Shown here in pieces: positions 17,720-28,457 of a stretch of 64,000 nucleotides of DNA. The position numbers and the translations under genes are program-made. The notes beneath the pieces are model-generated. The model saw nothing but the letters and a program-made list of their open reading frames with translations. It was not told the origin of the DNA and ran no database searches. This stretch comes from an uncultured Acidobacteriota bacterium (GTDB lineage Bacteria > Acidobacteriota > Thermoanaerobaculia > Multivoradales > JAHEKO01). Position 1 is the first letter of the stretch; the number at the start of each line of letters is the position of its first letter. The stretch spans positions 1,792,001-1,856,000 of the forward strand of contig CAVQNG010000003.1 in the NCBI GenBank assembly GCA_963713825.1, written 5' to 3'.

Positions 17720-18968
17720 ATCGGGTCTGAGTGTGCACGGTGATCCAATCGCCAAGGAGCTGCAGCGCTTCGGGACGGATCTCGCGGCTGCCGGGCTCGG
17801 TGAAGCCATGGCCGACTCCGTCGAAGACCTGGACCGTAATGTCTGAGTCAGATCGGGCTTTCATGGTGGTCAAGCGATCGACGCTTGTCTGCACCGGGAC
17901 GTTGTCCTTTTCGTCCTCTCGGCCGTACAGCACGAGGACCGGTGCTCGGACCCTCTCCCAGTAGGGAATCGGATCAACGTCCCCATTCTTGTCCCACCAG
18001 ACTGGGCGCCGCGCTTTGGGGACTGCGCTGGCAATGGGCTGCAGGGCGATCGCAACGAGCTTCGGAAACCCCATCTGCGCCAGAGTCTGGACGCTCTCGT
18101 GGGCGAGTTGCTGGTTCGGGGAGACTGTCGCGCCAGAGAGCGAGACCACGAAGGGCAGATCGGTCCTGTCCGCAGCGGCCATCGGAGCGATCCAGCTCCC
18201 TCCCTGGCTGACTCCGACCAGACCGACGCGGGAAGCATCGATGTCCGGCTGGTGGCGTACGAAATCCACGGCGGCTTCTGTGTCGGTTACGAAGTCCTCG
18301 AACCCGGCCAGACGCCACTCGCCGGAAGAGAGCCCACTACCTCTCTTGTCGGGAAGCAGGACTGCGATCTCGCGTGACAGAAGGTGATGCGCAATCTGGA
18401 GGTACCAGAGGTTGTCGCGGTGGCTTTCGCCTGAGCCGTGGATGATGACTGCGGCTGGGTGTGGGCCAGGAGTCGTCGGAACGAAAAGGGTGCCGGAAAG
18501 CTCGATCTCGCCATTGGCAAACGAGGCGTCCCGAGGTTCGTAGGGACCGTCACAGCGGGTAGCCAGCCTGGCTTCGTTGCTCTCGTCCATCCATTCGAGA
18601 GTGGTGACCTCGGAGCTCTCACCTCTGAGTAACCTGACGTCCCGGCCTCGTTGCTCACGGCCAGGGCTCCACACGAACCGATCGGGCTCGATGAGCTCGA
18701 AGCGCTGAAGGAAGAGGTCCTCGTCCGTCGAGACGAAGGCCAGATTGCCGTCGGCAGCGTAGGTCAAGAGGACACAGGCTCCAGGCTCGATCTCGTACCA
18801 GCCGACGGCTTCGCTGAGGAGCTCTAGATCCCTTTCGGGCGGGACCCTGGACTCGATTGGATCGGGTTCGATCAGGAAGGGAATCGCCACCAGGGCGCCA
18901 ACGTAGAGGACCAGCGCGAGTCCGAGGATCCAGAGGAGAGTCTTGGTGATCGTGCGACTGGCGCTCAT
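17718..18968 (-). CDS. Membrane-anchored alpha/beta hydrolase (S9/S15-like)
   Basis: N-terminal TM helix; IHGSG, DKRGSG, GVSQGG nucleophile elbow, DxxVP and GVGH. Confidence 0.85.
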   Translation of the reverse strand: MSASRTITKTLLWILGLALVLYVGALVAIPFLIEPDPIESRVPPERDLELLSEAVGWYEIEPGACVLLTYAADGNLAFVSTDEDLFLQRFELIEPDRFVWSPGREQRGRDVRLLRGESSEVTTLEWMDESNEARLATRCDGPYEPRDASFANGEIELSGTLFVPTTPGPHPAAVIIHGSGESHRDNLWYLQIAHHLLSREIAVLLPDKRGSGLSSGEWRLAGFEDFVTDTEAAVDFVRHQPDIDASRVGLVGVSQGGSWIAPMAAADRTDLPFVVSLSGATVSPNQQLAHESVQTLAQMGFPKLVAIALQPIASAVPKARRPVWWDKNGDVDPIPYWERVRAPVLVLYGREDEKDNVPVQTSVDRLTTMKARSDSDITVQVFDGVGHGFTEPGSREIRPEALQLLGDWITVHTQTR

Positions 18969-18987
18969 GACTTCCTCCCTGATCCGG

Positions 18988-21900
18988 TCAACCTTCGATC
19001 AGCAGGAACACGCCCGTCCCCGCTGGCACTTCCACAGCTGAGAGGTCCACCTCGCTGGCCTCCTGGAGCCCTTCAACCTCCGGCGCATGGGCCCGAACCT
19101 TGCCTTCCAGCTCCAGGGCGGCCAAGTCGACCCTCAGATCGACCACCTCATCGGTCTCCGACCACGACGCGACGGCTATGAGCACTCCGTCGGGCCGGGC
19201 GTAGGTTGTTGCCAGGACCTGTGGATTGTCAGTCAGCACAGGCGCGTCCTCGAGCCAATAGCCGAGCATGCGGCTCTCCGCGATGCCGAACTCGTTCATC
19301 ATGGCCCAGACGGGACGGGGGTCCGATTCCCCGTACTTTCTTGCGGTCATCCCATAGAGCAGGCCCCGGTAGGGATGTCCACCGTCCTGGAGCATCTCGC
19401 CCATGAGGCCGAAGGGCAGGCCAGCCACCTCGGTCATCCAGTAGTCGGGCCCCTGGTCGTAGTCGAAGTATTCACCGAACCAGAGACGCGAGATGAAGGG
19501 AAAGTGCTCCATGTACAGCATGGCGCTGTTGATGAAGCCGTCGCGTTCGTTGAACTGATTGGCCGAGTGGAGGTCGATGACCACCTCGTCCCGGTGCTCG
19601 TGCAAGACTGTGACCAGGCGCTTGACGGTTTCACGGCTGAAGGCGATGTCGTCCAGGTACAGGCCGTCGATGTGTTGGTTCTCCGCCAACCAGTCGAGCC
19701 CGGCGATGTAGTAGTTCGTCCACCTCGAGGTGCCCTTGTTGAGAATTGCGGCGTCATCGACCCGGAAGGCATGCCATGCCGAGTGGTAGTCGTCCTCCAG
19801 GTGCTCCTGTAGCCAGGAGTGCCCACCGCCCTCGCCGTCGTTGAGGATCTCGTCACCCAGGCTCCGGAGGGCGAACATCTCGTACGCCTTGTAGGTCAGC
19901 TCGCGGATCGTGTAGTAGAGCTTGAATTTGATGCCGAGCTCGTGCGCGCGGTCGATGTACTCGGCCTGCTTGTCGAGGTTGAAGAAGGGATAGTTGATGT
20001 AGGGGTTGATCTCGTTGGCGTGATGGATGTTCACCACAGTGCCACCCCATTCCTTCACCTGGTCCACAGGCACGTATTGGTGGACGAACCGGGTGTTGAA
20101 GTGCGCCTTGGTGTCGATCGGTTTAAAGGGCGTAATGAGGAACCGGATGTTGAAGTGCAGGGTGTCGCCGGCTGACAGCGTGCGGGGTCCGGAGTAGTTG
20201 TGTGCGATGACGGCCTCAGTCTCTTCTCGGATCTGAATCCCGCCTTGGCCCTCGTTGAACCACGATGGTGGCATCCGCAAAGGCTGGTTGCGATAGAAGT
20301 TCGTGTTCAGCGGTCGAGCGTAGTTGTCGTCGCGCAGCACGTATTGGAGGCCCTTGTTGATACCTCCGAGCCAGAGTCCCTCATGGTGGTTCTCGACGGC
20401 CCAGGTCCAGTCGATCTCCGGTGGCCGGCGGCCGCCCATGCGGCCCAGGCCCAGCATGTATGTGGCGGCTGAGGGCTCGAAGTGGATGGGGAGCGCGATG
20501 TCCTCGACGGAGACGTCGGTCAGTGCTTCCAGTGAGATGCGGTAGTCGAGCATCCCGTCGTACTCGAGAGCTCCTTCGACCGTCATGTCGAAGTGTTCGG
20601 AGGTGCTCTCGACCGTCCAGAGGGTGCCGCTACGGGTGGCTTGCTGGATCTCGAACGGCGCGGACTCGAAGGACTCGGACTGACCGTTCACGACGACCTC
20701 GAGCTCGAGGGGGCGGCCCAGGATCTGCGCGGCATCGGGGCCTACGACGAGCTCGGGTGTGAAGAAGCTGTGGATCTGATCTGGCAGTCCTGTTGTGCCG
20801 AGCTCCACTCTCCTACCGAGAATCGAAAGCGAGTGATCGTCGACGGTCACCGGCGAGAACGGCTCGATGACGAAGTCTGGATCGGTGCCGATCGTCGAGT
20901 CGAGCCAGGCCAGGCGGGTCATGAGGTCGGGCTCGTTTTCACCTCCGTTGGTGGCCCGTGCGTCCCGAACCTCCAACTCGACGCGAACCGAACGGCTGCC
21001 GGCATTGGCCGTGATTACAGTGACCGTGCCTTCGACCGTCCCCGTCGACTGTTCCTCCGGGATCCGAACGCCGATCCATAGAGGCTGGACGGTACCTGCC
21101 GGCACCGAGATGTCCTTCTCGAATGGCGCACCCTTTTCGTTGATGCCCCCGCAGGTGAAGCAGGTTAGGGTCTCGCGCCAGGCCTCGGGGAAGCCCTCGA
21201 AGGAGACCTCGAGGTCGGTCAGGTCCTCATCAGCTGCGATGACTACGACCTGGAACGTGAAGGACTCGTCCCGGAGAGCCTGGCTCGACAGGAGCTCCAT
21301 TTCGGGGCGGGTGGTCCAGTGCCAGGGGATAAGGTGTCGCATGCGGACGGGGAAGTCCCGGTGCTCCGCTACCAGCCTCCAGGCCGGGTCGGCGCCAGCC
21401 ATGAACGCGGCCGTTTCCTCCTGCGTAGCGACGACCTCCATGGGAAAGAAGCTGTGGAAGTCGTCGACCGACTGGATGTGGGTGGTTCTGGCCTGGGGAA
21501 GATCGGCAGCCGCCTGCGCTGCTTCGACCCAATCGGTGTCGGGCTCTGGGGCCATCTCGGGATAGGTGATGGTGGGGTAGTAGCTTCCCGTCGAGTGCCA
21601 GGGCATGTAGTAGACGTGGTAGGTGTCCGACCCTGGATTGGGCTGGAAGATCACATCGCCCGAGGCGTTCTCGACCCGCGTTGCCAGAGCATTGGGCACA
21701 GGTTGGCCGGTGGCGGAGTCCAGCACCACAACGGATTTGGAAGAGGGGTCGGCATCCCTCCGCCTCCAGGGAATGGTGACGGTAACGGCCTCCACCGAGG
21801 GATCTTCCACCACCACGACGGCGCGGTGATTACCCCAGGAGAAACCCTCCTCACCGGCGACCAGATGCGGGTCCCAGTTGCCGGCTTCGAAGATCACTCC

Positions 21901-22026
21901 GTCCACTTCGTTGGGAATCGGTGGCGCTCGATGGAGCGCGGTGGTCTGCGGTCGATCTTCCGAGCAGGCTGCCAGGACCAGGATGACGACCAGTCCGAGG
22001 CGACAGCGAGCGAGTACCGTCATCAT
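18988..22026 (-). CDS. Lipoprotein with putative glycoside hydrolase domain (DUF6067-like)
   Basis: Lipobox LAAC; NIHHANEINPYINYPF, YYTIREL and IDGLYLDD motifs. Confidence 0.75.
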   Translation of the reverse strand: MMTVLARCRLGLVVILVLAACSEDRPQTTALHRAPPIPNEVDGVIFEAGNWDPHLVAGEEGFSWGNHRAVVVVEDPSVEAVTVTIPWRRRDADPSSKSVVVLDSATGQPVPNALATRVENASGDVIFQPNPGSDTYHVYYMPWHSTGSYYPTITYPEMAPEPDTDWVEAAQAAADLPQARTTHIQSVDDFHSFFPMEVVATQEETAAFMAGADPAWRLVAEHRDFPVRMRHLIPWHWTTRPEMELLSSQALRDESFTFQVVVIAADEDLTDLEVSFEGFPEAWRETLTCFTCGGINEKGAPFEKDISVPAGTVQPLWIGVRIPEEQSTGTVEGTVTVITANAGSRSVRVELEVRDARATNGGENEPDLMTRLAWLDSTIGTDPDFVIEPFSPVTVDDHSLSILGRRVELGTTGLPDQIHSFFTPELVVGPDAAQILGRPLELEVVVNGQSESFESAPFEIQQATRSGTLWTVESTSEHFDMTVEGALEYDGMLDYRISLEALTDVSVEDIALPIHFEPSAATYMLGLGRMGGRRPPEIDWTWAVENHHEGLWLGGINKGLQYVLRDDNYARPLNTNFYRNQPLRMPPSWFNEGQGGIQIREETEAVIAHNYSGPRTLSAGDTLHFNIRFLITPFKPIDTKAHFNTRFVHQYVPVDQVKEWGGTVVNIHHANEINPYINYPFFNLDKQAEYIDRAHELGIKFKLYYTIRELTYKAYEMFALRSLGDEILNDGEGGGHSWLQEHLEDDYHSAWHAFRVDDAAILNKGTSRWTNYYIAGLDWLAENQHIDGLYLDDIAFSRETVKRLVTVLHEHRDEVVIDLHSANQFNERDGFINSAMLYMEHFPFISRLWFGEYFDYDQGPDYWMTEVAGLPFGLMGEMLQDGGHPYRGLLYGMTARKYGESDPRPVWAMMNEFGIAESRMLGYWLEDAPVLTDNPQVLATTYARPDGVLIAVASWSETDEVVDLRVDLAALELEGKVRAHAPEVEGLQEASEVDLSAVEVPAGTGVFLLIEG

Positions 22027-22030
22027 CTTT

Positions 22031-24904
22031 CTACCTCCACACTCTTGGGCCCCAAGGCACCATTCGGGTCTGTGCGAGGCCCAGGAAGAAGCGCGCCAGG
22101 CTCTCGTCCGGCTCGTAGGGCCGTCCCTGACCCAGGGACTCCGGCCACTCCATGGCCGCCAGCAGGTGCTCCTCGGCCAGCGGATAGTCTCCAGTGGCGA
22201 GAGCTTCCAGGGCCACCTGCGTGTGCGCCTGCTCCCAGAGTTGATGGCTGTCTCGCGCGTTTTCGGAGGGCAGGACCTGCACGTTCGACAGAATCTCGAC
22301 AGCCGCCGCTGCCTGGTCCGTCCGGATGAACGCCTTGGCCTCCAGTAGTGCGAGATTGAAGTCGTTGGGGAAGCGGTTGCGTGCCTCCTCCAGAGCGGTC
22401 AGTGATGCCTCCCATTCGCCCTGGTCCTGGAGGTGTCGAACCAAATAGACATGCAGCACCCGAGTCTCGGGGTCCAACGACACCGCCCTGCGAAGGTCCG
22501 CGGTTCGGTGGGCACCCTGGGTCTGGTGGAGCAAGAAGCTCCTGGCGACGTAGAACGGCGCGAAGTCCGGCCGGTCGCTCAGGTCGTTCATGAGCGAGAT
22601 CGCCTCAGAGTTACGGTCCACGGCCCAGAGATTCAGGGCATGGAGGTAGGTCCAGACCCAATGCTCGCTGTACTCATCCGCCCAGTCGAGGACAGGTAGG
22701 GATTCCCGGCGATACGGGAATTGGTAGGCAACTTCGGGTTCCTTGGCAAGCGCACTCGGTTCGCCTTGAAGAAAGGCCTTCCATGCTTGGTGAACCGCGC
22801 CGCGCTCTGTACCGGCAACGCTCAGGATCGCCAACGCATCAGCCGACAGGCCGAGGTTGACGTAGCCCATGGCGAGCTCCAGCAAACTCTGGTCCGGATA
22901 CTCGCCTCCAAGTCTGCCAGCCAATGTCTCGGCGGTTGCTGGGGACGGTGTCTGCAGGTACTTCTCGGCGAAGGCAAAGTGGTGCATGGGGTCGACGGCA
23001 AGCAACTCGCGGAGCGCATTGGCGGCGAGCGTGGTGTCGCCAGTCTTCCGGCCAATGACGGCCAGCGCCCTCCATGCCGGAATGCTGTGGCGGTCGAAGT
23101 CGATCGCCAGCCGTGCATAGCGCGCGGCCTCCGAGAAGCTCTCCTCACCAATCATCAACTCTGCCAGCTGAGCATAGGCCGCAGATCGGTAGGCGGTGGA
23201 GCGGGCAGCCCATCCGAACGCGTCCCGGGCATCAGCGGTCTTGCCGATGGCTCGGTACAGCGAACCCGCGAGGAAATTGGCTTGGCCGTCGTAGGCGTCG
23301 AGTTGGAGGACTCGGTCCGCGTGCTCCAGGCCGGTCTCGTATAGGCCGGCCCGGAAGGAGAGGTCAGCCATGCCCAAGAGCGCCTCACGCTGCCAGGGCT
23401 CGGTATCCAGAGCTGCCTGGAAGAGCTCTCGTGCTTCGGCATACTGCCGACCTTTCAGGAGCTCCCGAGCCTGAAAAGCCCTTCGGTCGGCCTCTGGGAT
23501 GCTCTTGACGGCAGCCGGGTCGGTGGAGAACGGCCGGGACAGAAGCCGCGATTCCGGGTCCGAGTTGTAGTCCAGGTCCAGCCCGGCGAGCTGAACCCGG
23601 TAGTGATTCTCACCTGCCAGATCTACGGCCGCTTGCACACGACCCAAGGGAGCCAGCGCCGCCGGAATCTCGGCCGCGAGCTTCTCGCCCACCCAGATAC
23701 GCAGGGTGTCGGTCACTTCACGCAATGCGATCACGTCGACGGTGAGTTGCCCTTCTTCGACCCCGATGTGCATGGCGCCGTCCCGAGAGGCGTCGGTGAG
23801 TCCCCCGATTTCCTCTAAAGGGAACCAGGTCTCGGTCCACCGACTGGCCGACATCGGATCGAAGGTCGCCTGGGTGATGGGGTTCACTTCCTCGGTGGGG
23901 GCGTACTGGACGAACAGCCGGCCGGCCTGGAACTCCACGTACTGGCCGTCGGTGTCGGTGAGCAGTTCCTCCCAGACGCCGCCCTCGCGCGACAGCGCCC
24001 AGAGCCAGAGCTTTTGACCAGGCATCTCCTCGTGACGAGCCCAGTGGCCGAACCCGTAGTCGTCGTCCAGGTAATAGCCGCCGAAGAAGTCGTTGAGCTC
24101 GCCGACCACGTGGTAGGACTTGTGGCTCTCGAAGGTGTTGTTGCGGTAGAGCGGCAGGAACCGACCCTGGTCATCGATGGGCCAACTCCGTTCGGCTCCC
24201 GAGTGCTTCAAGTAGCGGTCCCCGGTTATGGCCATCTCGAGATCGTCCTGGGCGAAGGCCGCCGCCGTCATCCAGTTGTAGTAGGGCTGTTCGAGAGGCG
24301 TAGGGTTGTACCAGACGACGTTGGTTTCGAAGTAAGCCGCGTCTGCAGGGAGGCGGATCTCCACCCGCCAGTGGGTCCGCGATGGCAGGTCCATGCCGCC
24401 CACGAAACAGCTCACGCTACCGTCGTCGTTGTCTCGCAGGAGATAGTCCACTGGGGTTGCAGTGGCCGGCGTGTGGCCGATGACGCCGAAGTTGAACTCG
24501 ATGCCGCCGGAGGTCCATGGGCCACGCAGGGCGATGTTGCGGAACTTCATCACCTCGTTGCGGTAGATGAACTCGTGGCCCGTCTCCTTGACGACCGCGC
24601 CCCAGATCTTGCCGCCGACCTCCGGCAGGACGAACACCTCGATGTAGTCGTTCTCCAGCCGGACGACTTTCCAGTCCCGCGGCTCGGAGGCGACCGAGTA
24701 GCCCTCGAACGAGTGGTAGGGATAAAGCCGGGAATCCTTCGTCAGGATGGGGACCGGATTCGGCTCCGAGAACGGATAGGTCTCGAGAGTCAGCACCTCT
24801 TCCGAGATGCGAGCGGCCTGGGCTTGGGCCGCGATCGGCACGCAGGCAATGAGGCCGCAGAGCGCTGCGAGCAGTGGCAGGCTCGTGCGGTTCGACCGGG
24901 TCAT
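22031..24904 (-). CDS. DUF5107 domain plus TPR secreted protein
   Basis: Signal peptide; LENDYIEVFVLPEVGGKIW, WTSGGIEFN and GQKLW; C-terminal TPRs. Stop is 4 bp from the downstream gene. Confidence 0.82.
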   Translation of the reverse strand: MTRSNRTSLPLLAALCGLIACVPIAAQAQAARISEEVLTLETYPFSEPNPVPILTKDSRLYPYHSFEGYSVASEPRDWKVVRLENDYIEVFVLPEVGGKIWGAVVKETGHEFIYRNEVMKFRNIALRGPWTSGGIEFNFGVIGHTPATATPVDYLLRDNDDGSVSCFVGGMDLPSRTHWRVEIRLPADAAYFETNVVWYNPTPLEQPYYNWMTAAAFAQDDLEMAITGDRYLKHSGAERSWPIDDQGRFLPLYRNNTFESHKSYHVVGELNDFFGGYYLDDDYGFGHWARHEEMPGQKLWLWALSREGGVWEELLTDTDGQYVEFQAGRLFVQYAPTEEVNPITQATFDPMSASRWTETWFPLEEIGGLTDASRDGAMHIGVEEGQLTVDVIALREVTDTLRIWVGEKLAAEIPAALAPLGRVQAAVDLAGENHYRVQLAGLDLDYNSDPESRLLSRPFSTDPAAVKSIPEADRRAFQARELLKGRQYAEARELFQAALDTEPWQREALLGMADLSFRAGLYETGLEHADRVLQLDAYDGQANFLAGSLYRAIGKTADARDAFGWAARSTAYRSAAYAQLAELMIGEESFSEAARYARLAIDFDRHSIPAWRALAVIGRKTGDTTLAANALRELLAVDPMHHFAFAEKYLQTPSPATAETLAGRLGGEYPDQSLLELAMGYVNLGLSADALAILSVAGTERGAVHQAWKAFLQGEPSALAKEPEVAYQFPYRRESLPVLDWADEYSEHWVWTYLHALNLWAVDRNSEAISLMNDLSDRPDFAPFYVARSFLLHQTQGAHRTADLRRAVSLDPETRVLHVYLVRHLQDQGEWEASLTALEEARNRFPNDFNLALLEAKAFIRTDQAAAAVEILSNVQVLPSENARDSHQLWEQAHTQVALEALATGDYPLAEEHLLAAMEWPESLGQGRPYEPDESLARFFLGLAQTRMVPWGPRVWR

Positions 24905-25101
24905 GGGAGGTCGGAGAGAAGACTGTCTCGAAGATGCGTTAGTGCGGGAGCTTCGGCCCCTGGAGGCAGGTTACCGAGGCCTCAGAGACGGTGTCAATTC
25001 AGGGGTGACCTCCTTCACTGTGGATTCTGTAACCCTTTGCGACAATGGATTTCGACAGGTTGACGATTCTGACAACCGCGCCACTCCCGGGAGGGTCCGC
25101 G

Positions 25102-26079
25102 ATGCTCAGACCACGGGTTCGTCTCCGCGCAGTAGCACTCGCTCCAGTGTTGGTCTTTCTCCTCGCCACTTCGGCCACAAGAGGCCAGATGCTCGTGGAT
25201 CACTCCTGCACGGATCTCGACGTAGTGCCCGACACAGCGATCACCAAGGCTGCTGCCGATCTTCATATCGCCTACAACCACACCAGCCACGGTAGCCAGC
25301 TCGTGAGCGGCATGAATGCGCTCGCGAGCTTTCCCGACTACGGCGATACCTACCAATGGTCGGACAACGGCACGGCGGGGCTCGATCTCGATGACTACGG
25401 CATCCCCTGCAACGATTCCGATCTGAGTCAGGGCGACTACATCGATGGGAATGGGGTCACCCCATGGGTGACGTGCACGCGGGCGTTTCTAGACAATGCT
25501 GCCAACGCCCACATCAACGTCGTCATGTGGTCGTGGTGCAGCATTCACGGGCACGATGCCCAGCGGTACGTGGAAAACATGGAGATCCTCGTCACCGAGT
25601 ACCCGAACGTTGACTTCGTCTTCATGACCGGCCACGCGCAGGGCCAGGGTGAGGACATGACCCCCGACAGCGTGCACTACAACAACCAGCTCATTCGTGC
25701 ACACACTCAGGCCCACGGCCGCATCCTGTTCGACTTCGCCGACATCGAGGCCTACGATCCCGACGAGGCCTACTTCTGGGACCTGTTTCTCCAGGACAAC
25801 CTGGATTACAACGGCGGAAACTGGGCGGTGGAGTGGATCAGTGCCAACCCCGGATCCGAGCTCGACCAACTTACGACCGGCGATGGAGTCAACGGCTACG
25901 ACGGCCTCGGCAGTTGTGCCCATTCCGCCTCGCCGTCAGATGCGACCCTGAATTGCATCCTCAAGGGGCGCGCCGCCTGGTGGATGTTCGCAGAGCTGGC
26001 GGGCTGGCGACCGGGCCTCGTCTTCGGAGATGGCTTCGAGACCGGCGGCACTTCTGCGTGGTCCGCCACATCACCGTAG
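25102..26079 (+). CDS. Secreted SGNH-hydrolase-like protein with C-terminal FGDGFETGGTSAWS tag
   Basis: RBS GGGAGG; signal peptide; HTSHGSQ, VVMWSWC, FMTGH and LFDFADIE; C-terminal tag. Confidence 0.75.
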   Translation: MLRPRVRLRAVALAPVLVFLLATSATRGQMLVDHSCTDLDVVPDTAITKAAADLHIAYNHTSHGSQLVSGMNALASFPDYGDTYQWSDNGTAGLDLDDYGIPCNDSDLSQGDYIDGNGVTPWVTCTRAFLDNAANAHINVVMWSWCSIHGHDAQRYVENMEILVTEYPNVDFVFMTGHAQGQGEDMTPDSVHYNNQLIRAHTQAHGRILFDFADIEAYDPDEAYFWDLFLQDNLDYNGGNWAVEWISANPGSELDQLTTGDGVNGYDGLGSCAHSASPSDATLNCILKGRAAWWMFAELAGWRPGLVFGDGFETGGTSAWSATSP

Positions 26080-26086
26080 GAAATGA

Positions 26087-26099
26087 GGTGCCTGTCACC
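26087..26099. repeat. GGTGCCTGTCACC palindromic element
   Basis: Imperfect palindrome in the 22-bp gap between convergent genes. Confidence 0.5.
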
Positions 26100-26101
26100 G
26101 A

Positions 26102-26635
26102 TTAGTGGGAGGGGACGCGCTTCCAGGCGAAGGGCACCTCTTGCACTCCATCCTTCGTGTGCATCGCCAGGTAGACCTGGATCTCGTCGGGCCCGCGGCG
26201 CTGGTAGGTGAGGCCATCGAACCACGCGTGATCCTTGTTGAAGGCAACCAGCGGGAAATCGACTGTCTCGTCCTTCTCCTCCCAGCCAGTCAGGTCGGAG
26301 TTGAAGTGCTTCAGACGGAGGAGCACGGTCTCATCCTCCTCAGTCAAGGTGAAGATCTCGTAGAACGCTGCTTCTCCGTCTTTGACGAGGCGGAACATGC
26401 CGACCATGGTGCCGCTGGCAGGAGCACTCCAGATCTCGTTGGCGGTGCCACCGAGGGCCTCGGCCTGCCAATGGCCTTCGAGCCAGGCGAAGTCGGTGAC
26501 CTTCGCGGCCGGTCCCTTGGCCCCTTCCGCCAGCTGTAGGGTGTGCTCGGTCAGCTTCTCCTGGGCTGAAAGGAACGAGGTTGAACAGATAAGCAGCGCT
26601 GAGAGTCCCGCGGCGACTCGAGATAACCTAGACAT
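26102..26635 (-). CDS. Secreted DUF6265-like protein
   Basis: RBS GGAGG; signal peptide; WLEGHW...EIWS.P..GTMVGMFR...FYE...LRLKHF. Confidence 0.72.
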   Translation of the reverse strand: MSRLSRVAAGLSALLICSTSFLSAQEKLTEHTLQLAEGAKGPAAKVTDFAWLEGHWQAEALGGTANEIWSAPASGTMVGMFRLVKDGEAAFYEIFTLTEEDETVLLRLKHFNSDLTGWEEKDETVDFPLVAFNKDHAWFDGLTYQRRGPDEIQVYLAMHTKDGVQEVPFAWKRVPSH

Positions 26636-26700
26636 CCCTACCTCCTGTTCCTGCATCCTGCGAAAGAGTGAAATTGGCCGCATTGTACGACACCGTAGGC

Positions 26701-27735
26701 TCACCAATCTCGCCCAAGATCGACCATGCGTGCTACGAGCTCGCGCCCAAAGGAGGGATTGACGTCGCTACAGTAGGTCACAGAAGTAGACTGCTCGAGA
26801 TTGTGTGAGACCTCCAGAGCGTCTCGCGCGAAGAGCAATGATCGCTGCTTCTGGACGCGAGCTGGAATTGGCTCGCAAACGAAGTCTTGCCGATCGATGA
26901 CGTAGCCAACAGCCAGACTGTCAAACGGGTAGAAGCCTTCGGTGCCCAGATGCTCCAACCAGAACCGCATCCAGCCTCGACTCATCACCGCCAGCCATTG
27001 GGCGACCCCTCCACTTGATGAAAGGAGCGAAAGGTCGGTTGGAGTGACCGTCACCCTCTGAGCTGCCTCGAACGGGAGGAGGCTCAACGCAACGCCCGAG
27101 CTCAGGATTGCCTCGAATGCGGCAGGGTCCTGGGTGAAGTTGAAATCATGAAAGTGGAGCAGCCCGCTCGTGCCCGGAAACAGACGTCGTTGCGATGGCC
27201 TCGTCCCTCCAACGGCGACGATCTGCTGGATATTGTCAGCGACTTGAGGATGTTGAGCCAACAAGGCTGCTACATTTGTCAGCGGTCCCAACGCCAGAAT
27301 CGTCAACTGGCCCTGGTCCAGTGCCGTGGCGATCGCCGCGATCGCTGGTCTAGCAGCTCCACCGCCGGCCTGCTGAGAGCCCCGGTGCACGGGGGGCAAA
27401 TCCTCGCCGCCACTCTCGGCCCATTGATCGAGGACCGTTCGAGTGACGGCGAAGACCGTTTCCTCATCCACGTTGCCGAAGACGGTGCTGATCCCATGGA
27501 TTGTCAACTCTGGCGAGCTCAATGCCAACAGGAGAGCCCAGCAGTCATCCGCGTCGGCCGTCGCTGCTTGACCGCAAGCCGCGTCGGTGTCGATCCACAC
27601 CGATGTGGGAGCGCCGGCTGGAGAGGCCGGAGCTGCCTGACAGAGCGACGCCAGGACAAGGAAGACAAGGCTCCGGGCGAGGCCGGCCAGGCTTCCAAGA
27701 CGGACTTCATGCGGCCAAGCGACAGACAGTCTCAT
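26701..27735 (-). CDS. Exported nucleoside hydrolase (IU-NH family)
   Basis: WIDTD..DADD, STVFGN, LALGPLTN, DFNFTQDP and PFD motifs; signal-like N-terminus. Confidence 0.85.
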   Translation of the reverse strand: MRLSVAWPHEVRLGSLAGLARSLVFLVLASLCQAAPASPAGAPTSVWIDTDAACGQAATADADDCWALLLALSSPELTIHGISTVFGNVDEETVFAVTRTVLDQWAESGGEDLPPVHRGSQQAGGGAARPAIAAIATALDQGQLTILALGPLTNVAALLAQHPQVADNIQQIVAVGGTRPSQRRLFPGTSGLLHFHDFNFTQDPAAFEAILSSGVALSLLPFEAAQRVTVTPTDLSLLSSSGGVAQWLAVMSRGWMRFWLEHLGTEGFYPFDSLAVGYVIDRQDFVCEPIPARVQKQRSLLFARDALEVSHNLEQSTSVTYCSDVNPSFGRELVARMVDLGRDW

Positions 27736-28288
27736 AGCGCGTCGTCGAGCGACTCTGGTGAATTGGGGTGAGACCCTCCCGAAGCCGGAGCGCTTCGAGC
27801 TCTCTGATTGTGGGGAAACCCGCGTGGCGACGGACTATCGCGCGTCCGATCGCGGCTATCCAACCTGGGCAGACGAGATCGGTATAGAGGAAATACCCGT
27901 CGGGCTTCAGAACCCGCACCATTTCTGCCAACAGTGACTGCCACTCCGGAACATGGTGCGTGACCATATTGGTCGACACGATGTCAAAGGCGTTGTCATC
28001 GAACGGCAGCTGCGTTGCGTCGAGAGTCAAGAAGCGAGCGCTCTCCAGTTCGGAGCTGTCCGCTTGTGCGATGCGGATCTGTGCGGGGTCTACATCGACG
28101 CCCGCGATTTCGAGTCCGAGCGTCCTGGCGAGATGGATCGGTGCGGCTCCGTTCCCACACCCGACATCGAGGTATCGCATCCCCGGTCGAGGATCGGCAA
28201 ATCGGACCATCTCTTCGGCATGCCTGGCCACCTTGTCACTGTGGCCCCTACCGTTGACGAAGTGTTTTTCCAGTTTGCTCATTCTCAT
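27707..28288 (-). CDS. Class I SAM-dependent methyltransferase
   Basis: YLDVGCGNG, DATQLPFDDNAFD and RVLKPDG; RBS GGAGG. Confidence 0.88.
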   Translation of the reverse strand: MRMSKLEKHFVNGRGHSDKVARHAEEMVRFADPRPGMRYLDVGCGNGAAPIHLARTLGLEIAGVDVDPAQIRIAQADSSELESARFLTLDATQLPFDDNAFDIVSTNMVTHHVPEWQSLLAEMVRVLKPDGYFLYTDLVCPGWIAAIGRAIVRRHAGFPTIRELEALRLREGLTPIHQSRSTTRYETVCRLAA

Positions 28289-28457
28289 GTCATCTGCCTC
28301 CTTTCCGAAGCGGGACGTCCAGCACATCGGCGGTTTCCGAAGGCGAGGTCCCGTTGTATGACAAGAGAATGCCAGCCGAGCGACTCGACCGCATTGACGG
28401 TGAGTGCCGTATTTCTTGCCCAGACCGGCCAGATCTGGGCAAGGCAGTTGGCGAGAT

